This document shows, piece after piece, positions 41,902 to 51,099 of a DNA stretch of 60,771 nucleotides (the first letter of the stretch is position 1; every line of letters starts with the position of its first letter). A program made the translations under genes and the position numbers. The stretch is from Patescibacteria group bacterium UBA3531 (GTDB lineage: Bacteria > Patescibacteriota > Minisyncoccia > Phycocordibacterales > UBA3531). The stretch spans positions 1 through 60,771 of the forward strand of contig DFOW01000005.1 of the NCBI GenBank assembly GCA_002376885.1. Reading direction: 5' to 3'. The notes below the pieces were generated by a model. The model ran no database searches. It was not told the DNA's origin and saw only the letters and a program-made list of their open reading frames with translations.

Positions 41902-42675
41902 ATGGAAGAACCATCACTAAAAGAACAACTTGAGTCACTCCCCATCGAACTTCAGAATTTCATTCTCTCTGAAGAGACACGAGGGAGAACAAGGTACATA
42001 GGAGAATCTATGGGGCTAACCCCTGACCAGGTCTCTACATTAGAAGAGGAAGTCTTTATTTCCCTCATCGGATCAAATAGCCCCCAAAACTTACCTTCCA
42101 ATTTTGTTGAGGGAGGAATTGATCAAAAGACTGCAAATAAATTGGTAGATGAGCTCCATAAAACCATTTTTTCTCAAGTCAGGGGCCATTTAAATAAAAT
42201 CTACAAAGAAGAAAACCAACAAATAGAGGCAAAAAAGCAACAAGCTCCTCCGAATCTTCCGACACAGTCATCAACAAACGAAATCCCTATTAAAAAAGAA
42301 GCTTCTATTCCTGCCCCAGCTCCAACACAAGTCACCGAACAAGTTCACGCCCCACCCCCTGTGCAAACCACACCAAAACCAGACACGAGTTCTGATCTTG
42401 AACAAACACTTGCTGATTTGGACACCATCTTAAAACCCGACCCCGCAACAAAACCCAATTGGTTACACAAAGAAGTGGGAGAAAAGCAAAAAATCTTACA
42501 CGACTTAGAAGTACCGCCCCCTCCCGACAAAAAAGAGAAGAGTGTTTTTGAAAAAAAGCTCGATGAAAACCTCTATAAAAAGGATTCGAAGAAAAAACCG
42601 AGCGACGACCCCACCTCAGGCGACGAAACTCATAAAAAGTTTAATAGTGATCCTTATCGAGAACCCATTCCATAA
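41902..42675 (+). CDS. Pro/Lys-rich protein, T4SS-like cluster
   Basis: 257 aa; low-complexity P/K/E-rich C-terminal half. Confidence 0.5.
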   Translation: MEEPSLKEQLESLPIELQNFILSEETRGRTRYIGESMGLTPDQVSTLEEEVFISLIGSNSPQNLPSNFVEGGIDQKTANKLVDELHKTIFSQVRGHLNKIYKEENQQIEAKKQQAPPNLPTQSSTNEIPIKKEASIPAPAPTQVTEQVHAPPPVQTTPKPDTSSDLEQTLADLDTILKPDPATKPNWLHKEVGEKQKILHDLEVPPPPDKKEKSVFEKKLDENLYKKDSKKKPSDDPTSGDETHKKFNSDPYREPIP

Positions 42676-42680
42676 AACCA

Positions 42681-43094
42681 ATGCAATTTCATATCCCACA
42701 ATTTATTGATATAGAAGACAAAATTTTTGGACCATTCACGTTCAAACAGTTTGTGTATGTTTTGGGAGCGGTTGGTGCCGGATTTATTTTCTATCAACTC
42801 TTTGGCCTCTTTATTGGGTTTATTTTAACAATTCCTGTTGCGGTGCTTGCCTTCTTTTTAGGGTTCAAGCCAGTAGGGGGGCGGCCATTCTCGGCCGTTC
42901 TTGAGGGAGCGCTCCGATACTTTTGGGGGAGCAAACTCTATTTATGGAAAAAAGAAAAAACAAAAGAAACAAAGGTTCAAAAAACACAAATTCAGACTGA
43001 CACAACCCCCACACAAGCACTCCCAAACGTTGTCGAAGGAAAGCTTGATTCAATGTCGTGGAGCTTAGACACCCAAACTAAAAAAGAGGCATAA
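42681..43094 (+). CDS. PrgI/VirB3-like small membrane protein
   Basis: 137 aa; IPQFIDIEDKIFGPFTFKQFVYVLGAVGAGFIFY followed by a second TM; lies immediately upstream of the ATPase genes. Confidence 0.45.
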   Translation: MQFHIPQFIDIEDKIFGPFTFKQFVYVLGAVGAGFIFYQLFGLFIGFILTIPVAVLAFFLGFKPVGGRPFSAVLEGALRYFWGSKLYLWKKEKTKETKVQKTQIQTDTTPTQALPNVVEGKLDSMSWSLDTQTKKEA

Positions 43095-43096
43095 TT

Positions 43097-43756
43097 ATGG
43101 CATTACGATCAAGATCAACACAAGAATTTGTACCCATCGAAGACATTCGAGATGGTGTGGTGATCCTAAAAAATGGATCAATGCGTATGGTGCTTATGGT
43201 TTCTTCTATTAACTTTGCTCTTAAGTCAGAAGACGAGCAAACAGCGCTCCTTTTACAATTCCAAAACTTTTTAAACTCTCTTGATTTCAGTGCTCAATTT
43301 TTTCTTCAATCACGACGGCTCGACATTAACCCTTATATTGAGTCGCTTCAAGCGCGGACGGAGGTTCAAAAAAGTGAGCTCATTAAAATTCAAACGCGAG
43401 AGTACATTGAGTTCGTAAAAAACTTTACCTCTTCAATCAACATCATGTCTAAAACCTTCTTTGTCGTTATTCCATACTATCCATCAGTTATTGATTCAGG
43501 AAACAAAGGACTTTTAGGACGATTTTTACCCGGTAAAAAAAGCGGTGGAGATGCAATTAAAGAAACTCGTTTTGAAGAAGACAAAATTCAGCTCGAACAA
43601 AAAGTAACGATCGTTGAACAAGGATTAACATCCGTTGGTGTAAGAACAGCACGACTTGGAACAGAAGAATTGGCAGAGCTGTTCTACAAATCATTTAACC
43701 CAGGAGAGAAGTCAGGTGCACCACTTGGGGGACAACCAGGACAACAAAAGAAATAA
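43097..43756 (+). CDS. T4SS-associated protein, possibly a detached VirB4 N-terminal-like module
   Basis: 219 aa; its stop is 1 nt before the VirB4-like ATG; FVPIEDIRDGVVILKNGSMRMVLMVSSINFALKS. Confidence 0.35.
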   Translation: MALRSRSTQEFVPIEDIRDGVVILKNGSMRMVLMVSSINFALKSEDEQTALLLQFQNFLNSLDFSAQFFLQSRRLDINPYIESLQARTEVQKSELIKIQTREYIEFVKNFTSSINIMSKTFFVVIPYYPSVIDSGNKGLLGRFLPGKKSGGDAIKETRFEEDKIQLEQKVTIVEQGLTSVGVRTARLGTEELAELFYKSFNPGEKSGAPLGGQPGQQKK

Positions 43757-43757
43757 T

Positions 43758-45605
43758 ATGGCATTCAATTTATTTAACAAAAAAAAGAAAGAAGAAGAGA
43801 ACTTAATAGGGAATCTGTTACCTGAAGAACTTTCAAGCAATCCTGTTCTTGAAATGACTGATGTTATTGCCCCAAGTGCTCTTAAAATTAATCCAAACAA
43901 TCTTAACTTGGGTGGCACGTTTGCGCGAACTCTTTTTGTTGTCTCATACCCACGGTTTTTAACCGAGAGCTGGCTTTCGCCAATTATTAATCTTGACCGT
44001 GTTTTTAACGTTTCGATTTTTACACACCCTGTTGAAACCAATAAGGTGTTGCGGCAATTACAAAAAAAGTTAGCAGAAATCCAAAGTCAAATTAGCCTAC
44101 GAGAAGAAAAGGGCTTGGTGCGCGATCCAAAGCTCGACACCGCCTACCAAGATATTGAACGATTGCGAGACCAACTCCAACAATCACAAGAAAAACTCTT
44201 TGACGTAGGACTCTACGTAACTATTTTTGGAGATTCTGAAGAAGACTTAAATAAAACAGAAACTGAAATTAAATCAGTTCTTGATTCGAAGTTAATTTAC
44301 TTAAAACCGGCGCTTTTCCAACAAGCAGAAGGTTTTAGGAGTGTGCTTCCTATTGGACAAGACGAGCTTCAGGTGCATTCAAAACTTAATTCCGCACCGC
44401 TTTCAAGCTTCTTCCCATTTGTTTCGTTTGACCTTACTTCAAACCAAGGAATTTTGTATGGAATCAATCGTCATAACTCAAGTCTGATTCTGTTTGACCG
44501 CTACTCAATGGAAAACTATAACTCTATTATTTTTGCAAAGAGTGGTGCTGGTAAGTCATACTTCACCAAACTTGAGATTTTACGGACACTTATGTTTGAT
44601 ACTGACGTCATTGTTATCGACCCTGAACGTGAGTATGAATACATGGCAGAGGCAGTAGGAGGAAGATACTTCAATATTTCTCTTTCAAGTGAACACCATA
44701 TTAATCCGTTTGACCTTCCTGACCCGGCAGACGATGAGAGTCCGTCTGATGTCCTTCGAAGCAATATTATTACCTTAGTAGGACTATTCAGAATTCTTTT
44801 AGGAGGGCTCTCTCCTGAAGAAGATTCAATCTTAGACAATGCTATTACTGAAACCTATGCATTAAAAGACATCACCACCGACGGAAACTTTAAAGGCAAG
44901 GAGCCACCACTTCTCTCTGATCTTGAAACTGTCTTGGCCGGAATGGAAGGTGGGGAAAGCCTGGCACAACGCCTCTACAAATACACACGCGGTACCTGGG
45001 CTGGGTTCATTAACCAACCAACCAATGTTGATATCAGCAAAAAATTTGTAGTGTTTTCAGTGCGAGACATGGAAGACGAGCTTAAACCCGCCGCCATGTA
45101 CATTGTTATGCACCATATTTGGAGCGCCATCAGAAAACAATTAAAGAGACGACTTCTTGTTATTGATGAGGCCTGGTGGATGATGAAGTCAGAAGACACA
45201 GCAAGCTTTGTGTTCTCGCTTGCAAAACGAGGACGAAAATATTACCTGGGTGTTGCAACTATTACTCAAGACGTGGGCGACTTCCTGCGCTCGCCTTATG
45301 GCTTACCAATTATTACCAACTCCTCTATTCAGATCCTCTTAAAACAGTCCCCGGCGTCTATTGATTTGGTTCAAAAAACGTTCAACTTAACTAATGAAGA
45401 AAAGTTCTTGCTCCTTGAATCAGGAGTGGGGGAAGGAATCTTTTTTGCAGGACTCAAGCATGTGGCTATGAAAGTGGTTGCCTCATACACAGAAGACCAA
45501 CTTATTACGAGTGACCCCTCACAACTTCTTCAAATTAAGCGCGCCCGACAAGAATTAAAAGATTTAAGGCAAGAAAAAGTAAAGCAAACACAAAACAATG
45601 GTTAG
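43758..45605 (+). CDS. virB4: VirB4/TraC-like T4SS ATPase
   Basis: ATG at 43758 is preferred over the upstream in-frame start at 43656. Walker A FAKSGAGKSYFTK; Walker B RLLVIDEAWWMM. Confidence 0.8.
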   Translation: MAFNLFNKKKKEEENLIGNLLPEELSSNPVLEMTDVIAPSALKINPNNLNLGGTFARTLFVVSYPRFLTESWLSPIINLDRVFNVSIFTHPVETNKVLRQLQKKLAEIQSQISLREEKGLVRDPKLDTAYQDIERLRDQLQQSQEKLFDVGLYVTIFGDSEEDLNKTETEIKSVLDSKLIYLKPALFQQAEGFRSVLPIGQDELQVHSKLNSAPLSSFFPFVSFDLTSNQGILYGINRHNSSLILFDRYSMENYNSIIFAKSGAGKSYFTKLEILRTLMFDTDVIVIDPEREYEYMAEAVGGRYFNISLSSEHHINPFDLPDPADDESPSDVLRSNIITLVGLFRILLGGLSPEEDSILDNAITETYALKDITTDGNFKGKEPPLLSDLETVLAGMEGGESLAQRLYKYTRGTWAGFINQPTNVDISKKFVVFSVRDMEDELKPAAMYIVMHHIWSAIRKQLKRRLLVIDEAWWMMKSEDTASFVFSLAKRGRKYYLGVATITQDVGDFLRSPYGLPIITNSSIQILLKQSPASIDLVQKTFNLTNEEKFLLLESGVGEGIFFAGLKHVAMKVVASYTEDQLITSDPSQLLQIKRARQELKDLRQEKVKQTQNNG

Positions 45606-46128
45606 TAATGAAGCAACACTTGAATATATGGGGGAGTTAGACCTCGAAGAGGAAGCTACCTTAACTCATGAAATTGAAGTTTTAGGAGAAACCCAACATA
45701 GGATTAGCGAAGGGTCGTTTTATATAATGCTTAACACTGCACTTATCTTTGATTTTGCACAAATTGCTATTGCTGTTATTTCTTTTGTTTTGGGGTTGGG
45801 GCCCATTGGTCTTTTTATTGCTGCTATTTTAAATAGGGTGGTCTGGCTTGTGGGATGGATAACATTTACCATCTGGTTTCGTTTAAAAAATCTTGGGATA
45901 TTTACTCTTACCAACCGTCAATTTTTAAAAAGATTTGGCAAACGCTTTTTGATTGCTGTCGCGGGTTTTATTCCTGGACTTGGTACTCTGCCTGACTTTA
46001 CTATTCTTGTTATAATGGTATATGCCGAAACACGAACACTGGACAATAAGAGAATACAAAAAGTGGCACAGGCACTCGATGAATTGGGATACGACAGCAA
46101 TTATCTTAGAGAACTTCTGAAACAATGA
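45598..46128 (+). CDS. multi-pass membrane protein, T4SS-like cluster
   Basis: 176 aa; four hydrophobic segments; overlaps neighbours by 8 and 4 nt (operonic). Confidence 0.55.
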   Translation: MVSNEATLEYMGELDLEEEATLTHEIEVLGETQHRISEGSFYIMLNTALIFDFAQIAIAVISFVLGLGPIGLFIAAILNRVVWLVGWITFTIWFRLKNLGIFTLTNRQFLKRFGKRFLIAVAGFIPGLGTLPDFTILVIMVYAETRTLDNKRIQKVAQALDELGYDSNYLRELLKQ

Positions 46129-47114
46129 GTATTACGTATAAAAAAATAATCATGGAAATAACAGTCATACTGTTGTTTTTAACAATACCTCTGATCGCAT
46201 CTGCACAGGTATTTTCTCCAACTGATCTTATTATTTCTGCTGACACACAAAACCCAGAACCAAACGAAGAAGTGACGGTGCAGGCAGAGTACTATCTGTC
46301 TGACACGTCACGGGCAACGGTCTCGTGGTACAAAAACGGACAATTACAATCCCAAGGAACCGGCAACATCGCGTTCACCTTTATGGCTGGAGATGTGGGG
46401 GAGCAAACATCCATCCGCGCTGTTCTTGTCACACAAGAAGGAACCACCGTCTCTCAAACTAGAAACTTCACCCCTGTTGCACTTAATCTTGTATGGGAGG
46501 CACAAACAAACGTTCCTCCGTTCTATAAAGGTAAGGCTCTTTCTACTAACAATAGTCCGCTTCGGGTTGTAGCACTTCCTCGATTTGAGAGTGGGAGCAT
46601 AAAACTTTCCCCTAATGAACTTTTTTACGAGTGGTTCCATAATGGAAACCAGCTAACTGAACAGTCAGGGAAGGGCAAAAACTATGTAGATGTGATCAAT
46701 GTATCAGGGTTTGGAGAATCAGTTGTCTCGGTAACTGTATTAAGTCCTGGGAAAAGTCTGGTTACGCAAAAAAGCATTTCCATACCTGTCACCCAACCAG
46801 AGATTTATTTTTACGAATTTGATCCACTAAACGGAACCAATTACAGAAATGCTCTTGGGGAGAATATTACAGTAACCCAAAGCCAGATTAACATTAAGGG
46901 AGAGCCCTATTTCGCAAACAAAGAAAGACTGAGTGAAAGTCGTTACACATGGACAGCAAACAACCAACCTCTCGCTACCGACTCAGAAACACCCGACGTA
47001 GTTACACTAGTAAGAAATGGTGGAGATGGTGGCCGTTTAATTGTTCGTCTTCTGGTTGAATCGTTTGGTAGCATGGCACAAGGCCTACAAAAAGCCCTTA
47101 CATTAACTTTTTAA
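46125..47114 (+). CDS. secreted beta-rich protein, T4SS-like cluster
   Basis: 329 aa; signal peptide ending IASAQ. Confidence 0.55.
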   Translation: MSITYKKIIMEITVILLFLTIPLIASAQVFSPTDLIISADTQNPEPNEEVTVQAEYYLSDTSRATVSWYKNGQLQSQGTGNIAFTFMAGDVGEQTSIRAVLVTQEGTTVSQTRNFTPVALNLVWEAQTNVPPFYKGKALSTNNSPLRVVALPRFESGSIKLSPNELFYEWFHNGNQLTEQSGKGKNYVDVINVSGFGESVVSVTVLSPGKSLVTQKSISIPVTQPEIYFYEFDPLNGTNYRNALGENITVTQSQINIKGEPYFANKERLSESRYTWTANNQPLATDSETPDVVTLVRNGGDGGRLIVRLLVESFGSMAQGLQKALTLTF

Positions 47115-47115
47115 T

Positions 47116-47994
47116 ATGAAATACTTTTTTATTTTATTTATCCTTATTCTTGTTTTTCCTCTTGGGGTAAGTGGCCTTGAGTTTAACCCTATTGAGCCTT
47201 TTACAGCGCCGGGTGGGGAGGAGGTTAGACGAGGAACATCATTTACTGATTATCTTTCAACGATCTACAACACTGCTATTGGCGCCTCTGCAATACTTGC
47301 TGTCATTATGATTGTTATTGCGGGATTCCAATACACAACAAGTGCTGGTAAAGAATCTTCTATTTCAAATGCAAAATCACGAATATGGAACGCCGTCGCG
47401 GGTCTTTTGCTTGTTTTGGGCGCCTGGATCTTTCTTTTTACACTCAACCCAAACTTTGTTGAAAATACACTTTGCATAGAAAGACTTGACGGCTTGGGTG
47501 GTTGCGTTGACGACGGCACAGAACCCACAGGGGGCGCTGGTGGTGATGATTTTCCTTCGGGGGACCTTGGGAGATCTATTCCTGATGCGGCAGTTGTTGC
47601 CCAAATTTGCAGCATTCCAAACGTCTCTATTAATTACGACCGTTGTGGCTTGTCCGACCCTGGCCCGTGCCCACCCGGCCAAACACGAGGATGCACCTCT
47701 TTAAACGATCTCCCTGGTAGGGCTATTGTTCGTCTCGAGGCGCTTGCTAACGACTGCGCACAACAATATAGCGCCAGCACCTGTTCTATCACAGTAACCG
47801 GAGGAACCGAGGGGGGACATCAAACACATGGTCCTGGTATCCCAATTTTGGATTTAAGAAAACAAACAGTTTTTGACGAGTATGTTGAAAATACTGCGGT
47901 CAGTACTCGAGCAGTTCCTTCGGGGACTGAATACAGACTCCCTAACGGAACTCGGCTCGTAGACGAAGGAACTCATTGGCACGTAATTTTTTAA
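47116..47994 (+). CDS. T4SS-pilin (VirB2/TrbC-like) domain fused to a LAS/M15-like zinc peptidase domain
   Basis: N-terminal part: signal peptide, FNPIEP, two TM helices flanking FQYTTSAGKESSISNAKSRIW. C-terminal part: ITVTGGTEGGHQTHGPGIPILDL (H..D) and GTHWHV (HxH). Confidence 0.5.
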   Translation: MKYFFILFILILVFPLGVSGLEFNPIEPFTAPGGEEVRRGTSFTDYLSTIYNTAIGASAILAVIMIVIAGFQYTTSAGKESSISNAKSRIWNAVAGLLLVLGAWIFLFTLNPNFVENTLCIERLDGLGGCVDDGTEPTGGAGGDDFPSGDLGRSIPDAAVVAQICSIPNVSINYDRCGLSDPGPCPPGQTRGCTSLNDLPGRAIVRLEALANDCAQQYSASTCSITVTGGTEGGHQTHGPGIPILDLRKQTVFDEYVENTAVSTRAVPSGTEYRLPNGTRLVDEGTHWHVIF

Positions 47995-47997
47995 AAA

Positions 47998-49515
47998 ATG
48001 AAACGAAGTATTCAAATAATAATCATTGTATTTATTTTAATTCTCGGAGGAGGGGGCCTTCTTTTCTCATTTGGGTACTTGGGAGGAGAAAATACCCCAG
48101 AAGCTATACAAAACCTTTTCCCTGAAGGAGAAAACACCAATCAAGAAAACACAGGTAATAACAATGTAAACTCAAACGGAGAACAATTTCCTTCCGGAAA
48201 CAATGGCAACAATGGTTCAGGAGAAACAATTGACACTTCTCGATTTTCACAAATTTTTCTAGGAGGCGTTTCTGGGTACACCGTACTTGAACAAAATGGC
48301 AACACCCTGATCCGTTTCATGGAAAAAGAAACCGGGCACATTTATGATTACAACGAAAGCAATGGTTCTGTTGTAAAGCAATCTAATCAAACTATGCCGG
48401 GCGTAGAGGAGGTTGTGTGGAGCAAAGATGGAAATGCTTTTGTTGCCCGATATTTTGATCAAGATCAGAGACGAGTCAAAACTACACTCCTTTCTTTTGA
48501 CAAAGAAGCAACCGAATCAAACCTTTATACGTTCACGCGCACCAGGTTACAAGGGGACCGTGGGGAGGATATTCTTTTTCTTCAAAGGACACTCAATCAA
48601 AACCCAGAAACTCAAATTGCCCAATCTGGAGCAGGGTCTCCTGGAAACGAAACTGAATTCTTTGGTGGCAAAACTACTTCTGCTTTAAAGGCCTTACAAG
48701 CACAAGAGGGGATTGAACAAACAGGGAATCTTGATGCCGAAACACTTGTTGTAATAAACGACATTAACCAAGCTCTTTTTGGAACACAAAATGAAGACAT
48801 TACTGAAACAAGTCTTTCCGTAAGAGACCTGGGGGACATTTCTATGATTACAAGCAATGGCGATTCTGTGTTTTATACAAAAGAAGAGGGGAGTGGTATC
48901 GTTGGTTACGTAGATAATTTCTTCTTCTCTTCACCTCTTCGTATTTTTGAAAGCCCCTTGCGGGAATGGAGTATTTCGTGGCCAGAGAAGAACACTATCC
49001 TTCTCCAAACAAAGGCGAGCAGCGAGGCCGAGGGAACCCTTTATGCGCTCAACCCAAGTACGGGTTCTCTTGTACGGATTTTGAGCAAATTAGACGGTCT
49101 TGTGGCTCAAGGAACCCCAAACAAAAACACTCTTGTATACTCTCAGACACAATCAGATTCTGTTGTAACATCGGTTTTGAGCGATGGAAACATCAACAAC
49201 CTACAAATAAGAACCCTTGCCGAGAAGTGTATCGGAGGAAACAATAATGAAAATCTTATTTTTTGTGCCGTCCCTGAATCACTTGGGACGGAAGCGCTCC
49301 CAGACGCCTGGTACAAAGGCCTTGTTTCTTTTTCTGATCAATTATGGATGATTAACAGTGATCAGAACACCGATACACTATTGTTTGACTCTGATAGGCG
49401 TTCTCTTAGTATTCAATTTGATGCTATCGCACCACAGACAAACAAGGCCGATAGTAGTCTTTACTTCATCAATAAAAAAGATGGCTCTCTTTGGGGTGTT
49501 CGTTTAAGCCAATAA
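47998..49515 (+). CDS. membrane-anchored protein with PG_binding_1-like domain and beta-propeller-like regions
   Basis: 505 aa; TM; GDRGEDILFLQRTLN...FFGGKTTSALKALQ. Confidence 0.6.
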   Translation: MKRSIQIIIIVFILILGGGGLLFSFGYLGGENTPEAIQNLFPEGENTNQENTGNNNVNSNGEQFPSGNNGNNGSGETIDTSRFSQIFLGGVSGYTVLEQNGNTLIRFMEKETGHIYDYNESNGSVVKQSNQTMPGVEEVVWSKDGNAFVARYFDQDQRRVKTTLLSFDKEATESNLYTFTRTRLQGDRGEDILFLQRTLNQNPETQIAQSGAGSPGNETEFFGGKTTSALKALQAQEGIEQTGNLDAETLVVINDINQALFGTQNEDITETSLSVRDLGDISMITSNGDSVFYTKEEGSGIVGYVDNFFFSSPLRIFESPLREWSISWPEKNTILLQTKASSEAEGTLYALNPSTGSLVRILSKLDGLVAQGTPNKNTLVYSQTQSDSVVTSVLSDGNINNLQIRTLAEKCIGGNNNENLIFCAVPESLGTEALPDAWYKGLVSFSDQLWMINSDQNTDTLLFDSDRRSLSIQFDAIAPQTNKADSSLYFINKKDGSLWGVRLSQ

Positions 49516-50244
49516 CTCTTTTGCTTTTCTTTTAACCAAAAGCTCGTGAACAATTGAGAAGAGGTTGCTCGTAAACCAATAAAGGGGAACAACCGCAGGG
49601 AACCCAAACGAAATAACAGCAATCATTACAGGGAGCACATATCTCATTTGTGTCCCGAGTCCTTTTTTAAACTCATCAGCAAATGTGAGCGCCTCTCCTG
49701 GTTTCTTTTCTTCTGGTTTTATTGGAGGAATAGAGAGTTTCATCAAAAAGTATTGAGAAACCCCCGCAATAAGAGAGAGGATAATGCTTCGTTCAATCAA
49801 ATCAAAACCAAAAAACTTAAAAGCAATCATCTCCGGCATGGGGACAGAGGAGTAAAGAAGGTCTGGATTTACCACCCCACTTGAAAGCCCCCTCCAAAAA
49901 ACCCAATAAAGTCCGAAGATTATAGGGATTTGAATAAGTGTCAAAATGCAACCAGAAAATGGATTGATTCCATGTTCTTTATACAGTTCCATGATGGCAC
50001 GAGCCTGGTCTTGCTGGTTGTTTTTGTGTTTCTCTTTTAATTTTTTTATTTCAGGGTCGAGTTTTCTTAGGCCAGCTTGAGTCGTAACTGATTTATGCGA
50101 AAGCGGTAAGATTGCAAACTTAACAAGAAGGGTGAGGATAATGACTGATGCCCCAATACTTCCTCCAGTAAGCCCTGTAAAAAAAATAAGGGCATTGTAG
50201 AGGGGAATAAAAATAACACTATTAAAAATATCGGTAATGAACAT
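49504..50244 (-). CDS. yidC: membrane protein insertase YidC (short form)
   Basis: 246 aa; LPLS.K...Q..L..L.PE...LKEK........Q...ELYK.HG.NP..GC pattern. Confidence 0.9.
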   Translation of the reverse strand: MFITDIFNSVIFIPLYNALIFFTGLTGGSIGASVIILTLLVKFAILPLSHKSVTTQAGLRKLDPEIKKLKEKHKNNQQDQARAIMELYKEHGINPFSGCILTLIQIPIIFGLYWVFWRGLSSGVVNPDLLYSSVPMPEMIAFKFFGFDLIERSIILSLIAGVSQYFLMKLSIPPIKPEEKKPGEALTFADEFKKGLGTQMRYVLPVMIAVISFGFPAVVPLYWFTSNLFSIVHELLVKRKAKELLA

Positions 50245-50249
50245 ATGAT

Positions 50250-50471
50250 TTATATTAATGGATCAATTCTTTTGGCCTGTTTTGGGTGACAACGAATAAT
50301 TCTTTTTAAAGAAAGGGTTCCTCCTTTCATTACTCCATACTTTTCGATTGCTTGCTTTGAATACTCTGAACACGTTGGATAAAACACACACGGATTGTAT
50401 CGGTATCCAAATACTTCTTTACTAAATAAAAACTGGTAAATATTTATGGCGTTTGTTGCTATTTTTTTCAT
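50250..50471 (-). CDS. yidD: membrane protein insertion efficiency factor YidD
   Basis: 73 aa; C.FYPTCSEY...A....G...G..L...R...CHP. Confidence 0.88.
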   Translation of the reverse strand: MKKIATNAINIYQFLFSKEVFGYRYNPCVFYPTCSEYSKQAIEKYGVMKGGTLSLKRIIRCHPKQAKRIDPLI

Positions 50472-50477
50472 GTGTCT

Positions 50478-50801
50478 TTATGCAAAAATCTTTTTCACGT
50501 CCTCTTCAAGCTCTTTAAATGATACCCTCTCTGAATTTTTTTTAAGATATAACGAATAGGTTCCTTTCTTCCATTTCGGCTCAAGTTTTTTAATTATATG
50601 ACGCACACGTCGTCTTACCAAGTTTCTTTGTGTTGCTTTTTTAATCGCGCGCGTGGGGGCCACAATTAAAAATTTTGTGGAGGTGTCCCCATTCCGGTGG
50701 GGGACAAAGGTAGACGACATAAATACCCCCGAGAACCTTACAGACCCCCTTATTTTGGGGGTCTTTTCTTTTTGAGAGAGTCTGTGGTGCTTGGAGAGCA
50801 C
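50478..50801 (-). CDS. rnpA: ribonuclease P protein component
   Basis: 107 aa; RNR-type basic motif KATQRNLVRRRVRH; position between rpmH and yidD. Confidence 0.85.
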   Translation of the reverse strand: MLSKHHRLSQKEKTPKIRGSVRFSGVFMSSTFVPHRNGDTSTKFLIVAPTRAIKKATQRNLVRRRVRHIIKKLEPKWKKGTYSLYLKKNSERVSFKELEEDVKKIFA

Positions 50802-50808
50802 AAATTAT

Positions 50809-50955
50809 CTACCCTGAAACACTGAGGGAATGTCGCCCTTTTCTTCGCCTTCTTTGAAGGGTTTGTTTGCCTGTTTTTGTCTTGCTACGAGACCGAAAAC
50901 CATGGGTTTTTGCTCGTTTTCGCTTCTTTGGCTGATATGTTGTTGACATGGCAAG
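50809..50955 (-). CDS. rpmH: 50S ribosomal protein L34
   Basis: 48 aa from my own translation (TTG start): [48 protein letters not shown]. Absent from the ORF track because it is under 60 aa. Confidence 0.8.
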   Translation of the reverse strand, partial: LAMSTTYQPKKRKRAKTHGFRSRSKTKTGKQTLQRRRRKGRHSLSVSG

Positions 50956-51004
50956 TAGTGTATACTAACTCCTAGCAAAAATCAATTTTAATGGTCTTTT
51001 TTCA

Positions 51005-51024
51005 TAATCCACACATAATCCACA
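51005..51024. promoter_or_regulatory. two tandem DnaA-box-like 9-mers TAATCCACA upstream of dnaA
   Basis: 51005-51013 and 51016-51024, each one mismatch from TTATCCACA. Confidence 0.55.
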
Positions 51025-51099
51025 GATAATGAACGGCCTGCCCATGTTTTGATTTTCTTATCTGGATCACTATAATTAACCTCATATTTTGTATTGAAT

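Noticed and set aside
43656-43757. Upstream in-frame extension of the VirB4-like gene
   Set aside because: It overlaps the 3' end of the preceding ORF. An ATG at 43758 directly follows that gene's stop, as in the rest of the operon.
38399-49515. Annotating the T4SS-like cluster as an integrative conjugative element
   Set aside because: There is no relaxase, coupling protein, integrase or att repeats. The composition matches the host, and the flanking genes are core genes (rsmA, yidC).
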